Positions 36,725 through 50,063 of a stretch of 64,000 nucleotides of DNA are shown here, one piece after another. The position numbers and the translations under genes were made by a program. Source of the stretch: Gonapodya sp. JEL0774 (taxonomy: Eukaryota); the NCBI GenBank assembly GCA_027604505.1, contig JADIIX010000048.1, forward strand, positions 1 through 64,000, in the 5' to 3' direction. Positions within the stretch are counted from its first letter, which is position 1. Each line of letters starts with the position of its first letter. The notes beneath the pieces were generated by a model. The model worked only from the letters and a program-made list of their open reading frames with translations, made no database searches and was not told the origin of the DNA.

Positions 36725-39700
36725 ATGGCGTCTTCCCTTGCAAAGCAACTGCGTGCCATTGGAAATGCCTCAAACACTTCTCACACCGGTTCTGCCGGCA
36801 CCATTGGAACTGGGAGGGCGTCCTTGCTATTCGAGCCGGAGAAAGCCGCTGATATGGATATCGATCAAGTCTACGTCGTTGGGATAGCAGGACTTCATGA
36901 GCTTTCATCGAAATACGATCCTCAGGACTTAGTTTTACCGCATCATAGTAACCCTAGATTCTCAGCTTTTGAATCCACGCTCTTCTCTCCGACAGTGAAA
37001 GGTGTCGACCGAACCCAGCAAACCAAGGCTGACAATGCGAAATTGGACTCGAGCATTGGTATTTTTCTCCGAATCCTTTCGCCTTATTGCCTTGATAGGT
37101 CGGCATGGAAGGCATTAGAGTGGTTGATTCGAAAATTTCGGTGAGCTTTCTCGATTCGGTCACACAACAACTCTCGCCGATATTTTCCCATCCTTAACTC
37201 AAAGCATAAACGAATTCAATCTTGAGGCTATCTTAGAATGCATTTTGCCATTTCATGAGACGGAATTCTTCGTGAAGATGGTGACCATCCTCAAAGTTCC
37301 GTGAGTTCGTGCCGATGATATCCTGCGGCCGGCACCCTACTACGCTTACACCACTTCCACAATTATGAAGGAACAACTCTCGCTGGTCTTTCCTCATTGC
37401 TGTGTCGAAATCAAAAACGCCCCTGACACGCTCAAATCTAGTCCAAAGCCTCATAACCGACAATTCGATTCTGGACTTTTTGTGTGTTGCGGTTACTCGT
37501 TCCTTAGCTCGTGAGAATTGGGTGGGAACACTGTCCAAGGACACAAGTGAAAAGAGACGAAACACTCCACTTTGGGCGTTTTGGACTGTCACCACTCTCG
37601 CGTTCGTAAGGACCGTACCCCAACTCAGTTCAAATACTCTAACGGCACTGTTGCCGCACGTGTTCACGTTTGCAAAGGCGAAAACTGCTCCGGACCTGCA
37701 ATCTGGAGCGTACCTTGTATTTTCGACCATTTCTACTCGAGTGTCGCTTTCCACCGAGGCAGTGGAAGCTTTCTTGATTGCGGCGTCAAAGCATCGCTCC
37801 CAGGGCACTGCAGAAGGTCAGGCTCTACTCGCTATGGTGCACGTTTGTCAGAGCCAGGAGGAGTTGAAAGAATTCCCAGATGATGCATTCAAAAGTTTGG
37901 TTTGGTTTGAGTGAGTAAAGTTGCGTTGAAGAAACTTCTCCGCTCTATTTTCATGTGAAAATTGACATCATCTTGCGATCAGGTCGCTTGTTGACCGTAT
38001 TTCTGCAATCATAGGCTCATATAACGCAATTCGGTTCCTGGAATTAGTAGTCACCAAGCTGTACAACTCCTGGTAAGCAATTTTTGTGTTGGGGTGCCTG
38101 AATGAATCACACTTCATTTATGTGTGCTTTTTGTGTCCAAACAGCGTCACCGATGGGCGCCTCACATCTATTTTGATCTCACTCCTCCAACTTTCCCATT
38201 TTCCACTCTCTGTGGTAAAATCACTATCACGAGCTATCATGGACACATGCTTTGCAGGATCAGATCTCACGGGAAGTGGTGAATTTCTTGAACCTACACC
38301 CACTCTCCTTCGGCTTTTCAGCACAAGATATCCCTTGGTACTTCAGGAGACGCTCCAAGCAGCTCTTGCTGGGGCAGCTCTGGATGGTTCCGAGAGGCAG
38401 CTGCGGCTATCTCGCATCGATGCGCTCCTCAAAGGAACACTTGGGGGCTCCAGATATTCTCCTACTGTGGTGTCGACGGAAAATGGTACTTCTGAGACAA
38501 CTCCCTTGTTCCTTGGTCTTCGGCATTCAGACCCAAACGTGCGGATGATGTCGTTCCGAAAGCTGGAGTCAATGCTTCGTGCAGGTGAAGTCACTGAGCC
38601 TGGGTTCGCCGCAGCAGTGCTATTGGAGGGTTTGAGCGATCCTGAGCCGACTGTTGTGGAGGTAGTTCTGCGGATGAATGACCTTTCCATCTGGATAGAT
38701 GACAAAAAGGGCCTTGGAGATGTGCTCCTGTCGATTGTGGAAACGCAGGCGGGACAGTCTACATCATCAGCAGTCTCTGAAGCCGCTCTCACGACCATGG
38801 TCCGGTTTATCGCCGCGGATGGGGGTGCTCATTCAAACAGTCATTACCTCGCCATTTTGCAACGGCTCTTCGTTGTTGGCAAAAGCTCTCGCAAGACCGC
38901 TCTCAAATTGGGGAAAATGCTTTCTCAATACAACAGTGTCAGTGGACTGTTCTGGAAACTGCTCAAAGGCGTCCCCCGTATAGTAGATGCTTTGAGACTC
39001 AAGGGGGACCATGGAGCACAAAACGGTGACTCAACCGATTACAAAAAGGGTGGAAGTGATAAAGTGAAGGCTGTAAAGGACTACAACAACGCCCTGATGG
39101 ATATTCTGACAGAGAATCTGGCAGGATTGATTGGAACCTCGGACTTCGACGAAGCGAAAATAATCTACCTTGAATGCATGCAACATCCTCGGTCTGCAGT
39201 CTTGCGATCTATCGGCAGTGTCATTGTGGCAAAATGCGTCATATCACTCTGTGCAAGATCGAAAGGTAGGCCAGAATATGTGGTTGATTTGCCTCACGCA
39301 AATTCGTAACTCACCTCACATTTCATACGATAGAGCACGGCTTTGAGTTCATCGCTAGTACTCTTCCACCCATGCTCAGACGATTGAAAGAAACGAACGC
39401 ATCTCAGAACACATCTTCGGCAGCGGCAACCGATGTTGTTTCCTTCGGCGATGCTTTTGGATCTTGGGAATCATGGGATGAAGCGACCATTCACATGTTG
39501 TCAGCAGTCACCGCTATTCGTCAACTTGGTCAATTGACAAGTGTTGGGAACAGCCAGATTGATAACAAAGTAGTTCTAGCGACCTTCAAGACCCTGATGA
39601 CTTTTGATTATCTGAAGCCAGTGGAATATCTACTGAAGGTTTTGTTTCAGGAAGGTATTGGGGCAGCCAGTGTTGCTCGATTTGTCGTGTTTGTTTCGAT

Positions 39701-42700
39701 GGGAGCCGGAGGTGAGAACCAGGAGCGAGAAGTCTTCCATCGGCCTGAATTATAACATCGCTGTTGAAAACCAGACTTCAATTGCACGACAACAGAGAGT
39801 GAGCATCTTCACTCCCGATGCCTTCAGATTATCTCCCATTTCGTGTCGGGTCAATCTGGGACGTTGGATTATCAGATCCTGATACCGTGGATTCTGATGT
39901 TTTCTACGAGTAAAAACAAGGTGGGTAACTTTCAGAAAACAACGCGACCATTCGAGCGACCAAACCTGTTTTGTTGTGCCAACCAGAGAACAAGATATGC
40001 ATTTGTGGACTGTGCCACGACCATTCTTAAATCATTGGTAACTCTGAAGGGGAGGGGCATCTCGGAGAAAGAATTGTCGTCCAGGTCGGCTTCCAAATTG
40101 CGCGTGTATGGGTTGGACTTCTTTTATGGAGGAGCGAATGGGGACGAAGAGCCACTGATGCATTTGACCACTGATGAATCGATTCAGCTAGTTTCTTGGA
40201 TTTGCTCGTCATCCATAGAAATTATCGCTGACTCTGATCACTTGACAAGATTATTGGGTGACTTTCTTTCAGATGATGAATCAAACGCTAGATCCAGGTT
40301 TGCAAATAAGATTCTGAAGTGTCGCATTTCGAAACGAGTTGTAACCGGTGCTTCGGCGCTTTCTGTAATTGCAGGTTTTCGCAACGGGTATTGTCATTCT
40401 TGTTGGCGCATCTGGCTCGCTTTCCGAGTCGTTTGGCACAGATTCGTCTTTTGGAGGTGATATCCGACGTTCGATCCACTGCCAAGTTCAGTTCTTTGCA
40501 CGCAGTTTGGAACAGCGTTTTGAAAGACATGCGAACTTCTGGATCGACTGAAACTACTGACGTAGAGTTTCTGGTTACTCTTTTACGTTGCATCTCCCCG
40601 AGCTCTCTCAGCGGCTCAGCAAGTAGCTTCCTTGATGAGTTTTGTGGTATACTTCGCAAAGATGGTATGCCTGAAGGTACGTCTCATTTGTAACACGTCC
40701 TTGTCACAAATTTTTAAGTGCCCCCTGTAACATGACGAGCAGTCGCTGGGGATGTACTTCAAGAACAAGGAATTTCAATGCTTTCTCCAGAGTTCTTTAT
40801 TGATATCGACAAAGAGGGTCAAACTATTCTTTTTGAAACCCTCTTGAAGATTGTGACTTGGAGTGGCAAGTCCAACATTATAGCACTTGCTAAGCAAGTC
40901 GTGGAGAGACTCCCAGTATCACCTGATGCAATTGCCACAGAGTTCGAGTGTTGTTTAAGCGTGCTCCCGAGTTTAGAGCTCCAGGTAGCCAAGAAAAGAA
41001 AAAGGTGAGCGATCTTCTTGTTCAAGATTTGTTGTTTCCCCCATCACTTGCATTGCCTTCCATTCCTAGTGCAATGGATACTGCGCGATCTCCTGAGCAA
41101 CTTGTGACAGCTCTGGAGTACGCTAACTATATGCGGATACCACAAGAAAGGAAGCCTATATTTGCGGCACTCTTTGGCATTTTGGCAGCGTTGACAGTCT
41201 CGAAATCACAGCAATTCTCGATTTCGATCGAGTATTGCCGCCAATTGTGTCTCTCAGCGATTTACCGATTGACCGATTCTTTACTCCCCGGCCGTGCTGA
41301 CGATGAAGTCAGCGTGAGTAATTTCCATCTAGATCAAGTGGTACAGTGTCTGAGAGGTTTGTTATTGAATTTTCGTGTGTTTCAATTGCTGTGCTTGTCT
41401 TGAGCCCGTGTTTGTGATGGCTGCAGTGACCGACAATCCCCAAACGCATAGCGTTGCACTGCTGCTCGTTGCAAGACTGGCGCAGCTCAACCCACAACGA
41501 ATTTTCAACATTGTTATGCCTGCCTTCACATATTTCGGGACAAATCTTGTTCGGCAAGATGACGATTACAGCTTCTATGTGATTCATAAGGTTTGTACCG
41601 TGATAGAACAAAGGCTCAAACTATTAACAAGACGAGCAAAACTTTGTTTCAAATAATTAGACTATCGAGACGGTTCTTCCAGGATTGGGAGATGGTCAAG
41701 AGGAGCAAGGATCTAATAGTGATGAGATAATCTTCAGTAAGTCACTGCGACGGGGGTCACCATTACATCCTGCAATCATCTTTTACGTCTCACGTCTTGA
41801 AGAACTGAAGCCGATCCTTAAAGTTTTTATTGACAACTTGGTTTTCGTTCCGAAGCACCGGAGGCTTCGGTTGTTTGTCCTCCTCATATCATCTCTTGGT
41901 GCTCCCAAGTTCTTGGAACCCACGCTGACTCTACTGCTAGAAAGATACACATTAATGTGGAACGCGAATGCGAAAGAAAAGGCTCTGGTGCGCAACTCAT
42001 CCCAGGAGGATCTTTTGGAGTTTGGTCTCTCTCTTGTTGCAGAATTCGACATTAGGATTCAATTAAGGGTGAGGGTAACTTTTGAACTTTTGGATAGCGC
42101 GATAGAGGTTACTAAATCTCGAGATTGATAGGCAATAGTCGTTCTTTTGCAAAACTTGGAACAATTACCTTGTGCTAAGCCTAAATCCGAAGAAGAGATG
42201 GAGGCCTTGCCAGCACTGCTGTTCGATACTCGGACGCATGATGATAAAGATTACCGAGAGTTCCGGAACCTCGTCACCAACTTCGTATCGAAACTCATTT
42301 CGGACAAGTCTTTCGTGAGCCAGCTCGCTGCGGCGAACAAACCCTCCAAAGGCTCTCAGCCCGAGCTTGATCCAGACATTATGAAACTTATTGAGGTACT
42401 TCTTAAGATTACTGCGAATGTGGAGCGTCATGTTTCTTCGTTCAGAGATCGGGATGGTGGTGCCCTTGCTGGGTTCTGGAAAGGTTCGTGGGGGAGCCAC
42501 GTTCTGATTTTGGAAAATCTCCTTGCTAACCTCTTAAACCCTGAAAGGTATTTCAAAGGCATCAATAGGCTTGCTGGATAAAGCGCATCGGCTCTTGTCC
42601 CCCACATCGTTCTTGAAGGTTGTGTCCAGCCTTGTCCGCCACGAGAATTCTGCAGTATGTTGCTTGTTCGTCCGTCTTGTGCTTCGTGGTATTCAATGTC

Positions 42701-44910
42701 TGATTCCACAGATTAGGAGGAAAGCCATGTCGCTGGTCGGCGAGCAACTTGCTGCGGACGAATTGCGATTCTCCAATGCAAGTACAAAGGTACTTCGTGA
42801 GGTTCTGGAAGAAGTTTTGAAGACCATTCAAGTTGAAGGAGTGTCGGATGACGATGTGAGCTTTGTTGTTTTGCCTCTCCGTCTTCTTTGGTATTGATGT
42901 CCATGCGCATAGGCTGTTGTGAACAAGCAGGTCGCTTTGATTTGTTTCACAAAGATGGCGCAGAAAATGGCAAAACGAGACCCTGACACGTTCTTGGCAG
43001 CGATACCTTCCATTATCGGACCTGGAGCGTTGTCATGGCCAAACGAACAGGTTTCTGCGTCGGCAATGGTCGCAGTGGCGGCCGTAACGTGAGCAACAAC
43101 TGAAGATAGTGTGACAGCAAAACCTCACGCGTCTCCTTCCTCTGCCGCATATCAGCCAAGAAATCGGCGCTCGAATTCTTCCTTTCTTGAGCAAGTATCT
43201 ACCAGTAATCATGACAGCCCTTCAGAACATGTTGGACGCAGAATGTGGGTTGGGCGCATTGTTCTAAAGTCTGGGGACTAGCTCAAGTATCCGTTGTGTC
43301 CGATTTTCTTGTGTAGCAACCTCTTCCGCTGCATCTGTTGCTCAACTGAGCGCGTTGGGTTCACTGATCGTTACAGTCAACGCTGTCCCTCGCTTTGTCA
43401 GCCCTTATCTGCAAGATCTCGTGCAGTGTTCTCTCCATAAGTCCGTAGTAGGGAACAAAGCGCATGCTCAGGTTCGTCAATCCTCCATTCGTCTGTTTGT
43501 TGGTTTTTGGAAATTTGGAAGTGTATAGATTTACTAACGTTCCCGGTACACAGGTTCGATCGAAAGCTATTGAGCTTCGGAAGGCTGTTGCGAAAGAAGT
43601 GCTATCTCGCGTTGTGATACCAGTGCTTTGTGGACAGTGGAAATATGTTGTAGGCAATGGAACTGAGGTAGGCTCGCACACTTCGTGGGAAAGCCACTGA
43701 ATTATGACAACATATGCAACGATGATAGGCTTGTGTGGCTTTATTCGACTTTGTTGAATCTGCCATTGCGACCATCCCGAATGATGAGCTTGACGGGTTC
43801 ATTAGACCACTCTTCAAATATTTCTTGGTTGCCTTTGACACACGAAACTCATTCAAAGATTGGAGCGAGGTTGGTTAACGGTCAACGCATTTTGTGGTGG
43901 TGGTTCTAAGAATGGATCTGCTAACTTGTTTTCCACTATAAGATTGAAATCGATCGCGTTGAAGGTCGATCTCTGAGTGCATTCGTGGCATTCTCCCTGA
44001 GACTAAACGAGTCGCAATTTCGTCCTCTGTACTTGAAGATCGTTCAATGGGCCACGGACAACCAACCCAACACTGGTGAATTTAAGATGCACTTTCCTTC
44101 AAATAAGGCTCCGGCTGACATCTCACACATGTGAAAGCACTCGCAGGAAATCGACAATTATTTTTCTTCCGAATGGTTAATGAACTTCTTGCAAACCTTC
44201 AGGGAATCTTTGTCCCCTTCTTCGGTTATGCTTTGGAGCCCGCATTGGCTACTCTGGAGTCTTACAAGTCCAGCAAGCGAATGCCGGATACATTATGGAC
44301 TTATGTCGTTGGTTCAATGGAAAAGACGTTCTTGTATGATTCAAATGGTGAGTTGTCAGCGAACTTATTGTGCCCTCCGATAGTAGCTGTCACAGCTGAC
44401 TTCTTGGCTGTGAGGTTTTGTTGATAAAGAGGTATTCGATCGCGTCATGCAGCCTCTGGTGGATCAGTTGGACTTCACTAGCGACAGCGGGGACACCGAA
44501 GACGCTTACACTGTGAGAATGCGTTGATTTCACGAATCGTCGACGCTCTCCGACAATCTAACCCTTTTGAATGGATGACCTAGGCTCGCGTTGCAACCCA
44601 TCTCATTCCTGCGATAGCCCAACTCTCGGTTGTGGCCTCGGGCGAATTGTTCTGGAAGGCTTTAAACAATTCTGTGTTGCTGAAAACTCGATCAACGTAC
44701 CCGAGTGTTCGAATCGCTGCTGTACGGACCGTTCAGCAATTCTATGCGCGACATGGAGAGGAGTTTTTGGATCTATTAGGGGAGACGGTTCCATTCCTCG
44801 CCGAGCTTTTGGAAGACGAAGATGACTCTGTGGAGAAGGTGTGCAGGGAGGTTTGCAAATCAATTGAAGATATCCTTGGGGAAGATTTGACGGAATATAT
44901 GAACAAGTAA
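36725..44910 (+). CDS. UTP10: U3 snoRNA-associated protein 10 / HEAT repeat-containing protein 1, multi-exon
   Basis: N-terminus MASSLAKQL...RASLLFEPEKAADMDID, KALEWLIRKFR, ILPFHETEFF. Middle IPKHRRL-like FVPKHRRLRLF. BP28CT-like LRLNESQFRPLY. C-terminus LLGETVPFLAELLEDEDDSVE...IEDILGEDL-stop at 44910. Confidence 0.96.
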
Positions 44911-44979
44911 AAACCGCAATTCACTTGTAAAACATTATCAGAACAGCATTCATGTCTGCAGCTGCACCACCACTCAGCC

Positions 44980-47900
44980 TCAAACTTGACAGCAAGAAAT
45001 CACTAGACAGTCGCTGTATGTTTGTAGAACTGCCCGCATTACATGGTGTGGCACACTCTCTTCAAACATGATCTGGTCAATGTGGCTCCGGCCATCAAGT
45101 CGTGGAGCGATTCTACAAACCGAACAAACTCTTGATGAGCTGGCAAAGATCATAACGCTGTAAGACACCAATGTACTCACTTTAAGAACCAGTCTTCCCA
45201 CTCTGGTTCCATCTTCGCTATTTCCCCAATCCACTCTCTCTCTTCTTCGCCCGCATCCCCGGGGTCTGGTATAACCACCTCCGTCCCATATCTCTCATCA
45301 TCTTCATTGTCCAACTCGTGCACATCAGCGATCACATCGCCACGGGCCAAAAAGTCAGCCTCCGCGCCGGACGATTCCATCCACGAAGCCATTAAAGCCT
45401 TGCCTGCCGATCCAGCGTCAGCCGGAGGCCCGTCCGAGCCCTGCATCTCACTTGCAGCAGCAGCCGCACGCCTTTTGGCAACACGAAATTGCACATGAGG
45501 AGGCACTTTGATCCACGCGTACATATTGAGCTGCGCCACGACGCCGTGTCGGAGAAGCCACACTAGAACCTCCAAAAGAAACGCACGGTTTTCGAGCCCC
45601 ACACCCCCCTGAACTGGCGCAGCAATAGGTGGGCTCGGCGATGGACTGAGTGAGGATGACGGCTGATGAGCGGATTGGCCCGCGGATGCTGTCCGTGCCG
45701 GCATGGAGTTGGTGCTTGTTGTTGGCGAGGACAAGGGTTTGAGAGATATGTAAAACGGAGTGGGGGCGGAGAGTTGGGACACGATGGTGGCGAGTGTGAA
45801 AGAGATGGAGGGGAATTGATTGCGGAACGCGGGCCCTAGGGTCACCAGACTTGCACACCAAAAGCAAGCATCATTGCGTCAAGAATCCCCAAGATAAAGA
45901 AACAAGAAGAACAAACAATTTCCCCCTCACCAGCCCCCCCCCCCCTTCCCCTACCCTCACGAGTCCAAATCAAATGTCCAGCTCGACTAAACTGACCTTC
46001 CCACATTCCAAGTTTTCCTCACGACGTACACATTCCCCACGTCCACCGGCGTTTCGAGCACCGTCGCGAGATCCCAGTGCACGAGATGCGCGGCCAGGAC
46101 GAACGTGTGTCGAATGGGCCAGGCGAGGCGGAGCGAGAGGGAACGCAGACTGGGGTCGCAGGGGGCAAGAAAGGAAGTAGGGTGGGGAGGTGTGGAGAGG
46201 TTGATAGGTTGCAGGTGGGAAGAAATTTTTAACCGGTTGGTACAACGATCGACCACGCTAACGGGACCGCGCTCCATCCATCGATCCCATCCCTCGTGAT
46301 ATCCCCACCTCCCCACGCATCCCCGTCACCGCCCCACTGACCCGCTCCGCTCCTCACAGCTCACCTTTCGATCGGAGTGGTTGCCATAACCAATTGCTTG
46401 AGATCCCCGCGAGCATGTTGGGGCAGTCCGGCCAAAACATCCTCTGGATCCTTCACCACCAACAGCGCCTGATGCGATCTCAAGACTTGCCCTGTACCTG
46501 CACTCCCAACCCGGACGACTTCGCCGTCCGTATGCTGCGAGTAAAGAGTGGCACGATCTCCCGCACCCGACGACTCGGCTGAACGGCCCCTGCCCCGTGC
46601 CGATGCCCCTACCCCCTCGACGCCCCCGTCCGCCCCCCGGATGGCCCCTCTCCCCCTCCCCGTCCCCGCCTCGTCCTCGTCGGCACTCTCTGTGTTTGCC
46701 TCCACCCCGGCGTACTTTATCGACACGTAGACCGAGTCGTTGACGCGTATGTGGAACGTGGACGGCGCGTGGGGGTTCACGAGGGTGTCGTAGACGTGGG
46801 CCAGGGTCCGGGCCAGCGAGGAGCGGTGGAGGATGCGGCGGAGGAAGGTGGAGGGGTGCGGGGGGACTGGAGGGAAGGGCGGCGGGGGAGAGGACGGGCG
46901 GTTGGCGGGGCCGGAGACATTGGAGCAAGGCATTCCCGCGTCCCAAGCACCACAAACCGACAAACAGGAAAGGCGCCCCCCCCCTCCAACCACCCCCCAC
47001 CCACCAACACCCGCATTCCATGCATTCCATGCACGACAAACAGGAAATGTCCCCCTCGACCACCACGCCCACTGCTCTACCATCAAACCCCTCGGCGCTC
47101 CCCTTGTCCGCCACCTCCACCTGCACCTCCAATCCCCCCACCCCCCCGGCCAGACCCACCACCCACCTTTCCCGCCGACCCCTCCCATCTCATCTCTGAC
47201 GGCGACCCACATGCCGACCTCGCGTCTCACGTAATCGTTCCTGACCGGGTCGCCCCAACAGGCCCTGTCGAGCTTCTTGGCGGCNNNNNNNNNNNNNNNN
47301 NNNNNNNNNNNNNNNNNNNNNNNNNNNNNNNNNNNNNNNNNNNNNNNNNNNNNNNNNNNNNNNNNNNNNNNATCACTAAGAGTTGTTGTATTTTGGTGTG
47401 GGGGTGGGGGGGCTGGGGGGTGGTGGGCGTTATGGTGGGGTTGTTGGTGGTGGTGGGGGGGGCGCCGGGTGGGGTGGGAGTGGGGGTGGGGTTGGGGGTG
47501 GAGAGGGAGGTGGAGGAGAGGGGGAGGGCCGAGGTGGTGGATGGTGTAGGCGTCGGCGAGGTGGTCGAGGCGGAGGTTGACGTGGTTGGGGGTGGTGTGG
47601 ATATTGTGGAGTTGTTGATGGTGGCGGGACCAGACGGCGGCGAGTGGTGGTGGACCGAACGGGACGGAGTGATGGCCGGGTGGTGGCCTGGCGCTGTTGT
47701 CGGGCCGGGGCCGGGGCCGGGGCCGGTGCTGGGTGCGGCCGTGGTCGATTCTGCCCCGCCGCCCGCGCCACCGCCACCGCCGGCCGAGGACTCGCTCGCT
47801 CGGCCTTGGGCGGTGGTGGCGGTGGCGGTGGTGGCACCGACAAGGACCTGCGTGTCGCGCGAGCCCAAGCCCGAGCCGGAGTAGCCCGAGCCCGAGCCCG

Positions 47901-49321
47901 AGCCCGGCGTCAGCGTACCCTGCTGAATCGCCCCACTCGCACCCCCACCGCCGCTCCCGCTCCCGCTCGTGGTGCGGGGCAGCTCCCGCGTCCACCTGGG
48001 GTCGTCGTCTGTGGGCACGGGGGTGGCGAGGTTGGCGGGGTCGGTGGAGGTCTGGGAGGTCTGGGTGGTCTGGGGGGAGACGAGGGGATCTGGGGCAGTG
48101 AGGGAGGGGGTGGAGGTGGCGGTGGCTGGGCTGATGAGAGTGTGAGTGGCGGGCCCGGAATGGGTGTGGGGGACGGTGGTGGTGGAAGGGATGATGGACG
48201 GAGTTGCTGGCGCTGCGGTGGTGCCGGTGCCACGTGGGAGGGTGGTGGGGGGGATGGAGGGAGTTCCTGGAGCCGACGATGTGCCAGTGGAGCCAGTGGA
48301 TGCCCCACCACCACCTCCACCGCCACCACCACCTCCACCACCTCCACCTCCCCCGCCCATGCCGGCAAACTGTCTTTCGAAGGCGTCTATGGGGACAGGA
48401 TCAGCGAGGTTGACCGGGTGACCGACAAAGACGAGGTCGTCGACAGAGAGGAGGAACTTTCTGTCGCACTGCTGGGGGCGGGGGGAGAGAAGGGAGGCGA
48501 GGAAGGAGGGGTCGAGGGAGAGGGAGTGGTGGTGGGAGGGGTGGTGGTGGTGGTGGGGGTGGGGGGGGTGGTTGGAGTGGGAGTGGGCGTGGGAGTGGGA
48601 ACTGTGGTGTGCGTGGGAAACGGGGGAAGTGCGGCGAGGAGTTGAGGATGCGGAGGAGGGAGAAAGAGCGGATGCGGCCCCAGGGACGGGGAGAGTGGGG
48701 AGAGCGGCGGGTGCATTGGAGAATGGGGAGAGTGGGAGTGACGTTTGAGGGTGTGAGGTGGAGCCGCCCACGGTGGGTGCTGTAGTGGCGGATGCTGCGG
48801 ATGCTGCGGATGCTGTGGTTGAGGGTGGAGTGGTCACGGGTGGGTGGGCAGGAGGTGCTGCGGGGGACGAAGGGAGGGGGGAGAGAGGGAGCAGGGATGG
48901 GACAAGGGGAGGTGGCGCAGAGGGGGCAGAGTGTGGCGAAGCAGGTGGAGAGAGAGGGTGGACGAGGGGCGAGTGGGAGTAGAAGTCTGGGTAGAAGAAC
49001 ACCAGCTGCACTCGGTTGCCCGTGTTGGGTGTGGAATTTCAGTCATTTTCCATCCATTTTTCCAGCCATTTTCAGCCATATTCAGGGAGTATTTTTCATT
49101 CGAATAAAATTGATGATTTTAATTCGATGGATTCGGAGTGGGGGCAAAGGGGGGGAAGAAACAGGGGGTGAGTGTGCATGAGTGCGGGTGCTGCTCACTG
49201 TCCTCACTGTCCCCGCTGCCCCGCTGACCTGGTTTCCGCCCCGTGCCGTGTACGCCAGAAGCAGAATACCCAGCAATGGTGGCACAGCATCTGCATGGCC
49301 TGCTCCCTGCCTGTCTGCCAT
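44980..49321 (-). CDS. NPR3: Nitrogen permease regulator 3 / NPRL3 (GATOR1/SEACIT subunit), spans an assembly gap
   Basis: LLGILLLAYTARGGNQ|LVFFYP, FLASLLSPRPQQCDRKFLLSVDDLVFVGHP, DYVRREV, SSLARTLAHVYD...HIRVND, HQALLV, FVLAAHLVHW...NVYVV, VLVWLLRHGVVAQL and LDGRSHIDQIMFEE. Contains large low-complexity insertions. Confidence 0.88.
47285..47370. other. Assembly gap (86 N) inside NPR3
   Basis: Run of N. The NPR3 reading frame differs on the two sides, so the gap length is not exact or an intron is hidden. Confidence 0.99.
47395..48980. repeat. Coding low-complexity tracts in NPR3 (poly-Gly CCA/CCT run, poly-His, GGGCCG and GAGCCC hexamer repeats, Thr/Pro-rich)
   Basis: Visible tandem units, e.g. 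48305-48355 (CCA/CCT)n, 47702-47726 (GGGCCG)n and 47886-47905 (CCGAGC)n. Confidence 0.85.
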
Positions 49322-50063
49322 TCTGCACAGTCGGTGGGTGGGTAAAGCCAGAGCTCAAAGGAGCCGACCACAGCATCCACCCCATCCCACATTCACACAA
49401 TCAATCTTTGGTTCGACTCTTCACTCTCTTGTAACATTGAGTTACTACATTTCTCAAAGCTTAAGTTTAGATCTCTGATAAGATTGCTCATAACTAGATA
49501 GATATGAAAAATGGCTGGTCTTTGATGGTTGCTGATTGTTGGTAGAGGGTTGATCACACGTAATTCCGTTTTGGGGTTTCCGGCTGAGTTCTTTCACACA
49601 GCGGGATGCGAAGATGAGATGAACATTGCGCTTGTGCGGGATACACGCGGCTGTGGCTCCGACACAATTAAACCAAACTAGCAAGTAAAGGCAATGATCA
49701 AAGAGCTATACGGTCACGAACGGCAGTGGTGTATGCCCGGGACACCAAGCCTCAGGTGGGATTGTTTGCAACCAACAAGGATTGAAGTGGGATACACATG
49801 GAGTCAAAATCTTCATGTACACTGTTTTGGGGTTTCCAGTTGATATCTGCATCTGGGTGCATTTGGGCGTGTTTCATGTGTTTAGCAGCTGGCGGCGGCG
49901 GCCTTGTGTGCCTTTGTGGCTGCCTGTCCCAAATCCTACATATCACCATTAATCATCGACAGAAGTTGTCCAGTTCACTGTCTCCTCCTCCAGAACTGGC
50001 TATACCATTCCTGTTACTGTACTGTCCTCTGTCTGCACGGTCGGGCCGTCTTTTTCTCCCCTC

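Noticed and set aside
47227..47400. Apparent frameshift or pseudogenisation of NPR3
   Set aside because: The frame change coincides with the N gap, whose length is only an estimate.
46326..49181. Many long overlapping ORFs on both strands (e.g. 46751-47884 +, 47644-48645 +)
   Set aside because: Shadow frames of the GC-rich low-complexity NPR3 coding sequence, with no independent motifs.
19353..49321. BORCS5 fusion and NPR3 as a lysosome/TORC1 functional cluster
   Set aside because: Over 20 kb apart with unrelated genes between; likely coincidence without synteny evidence.
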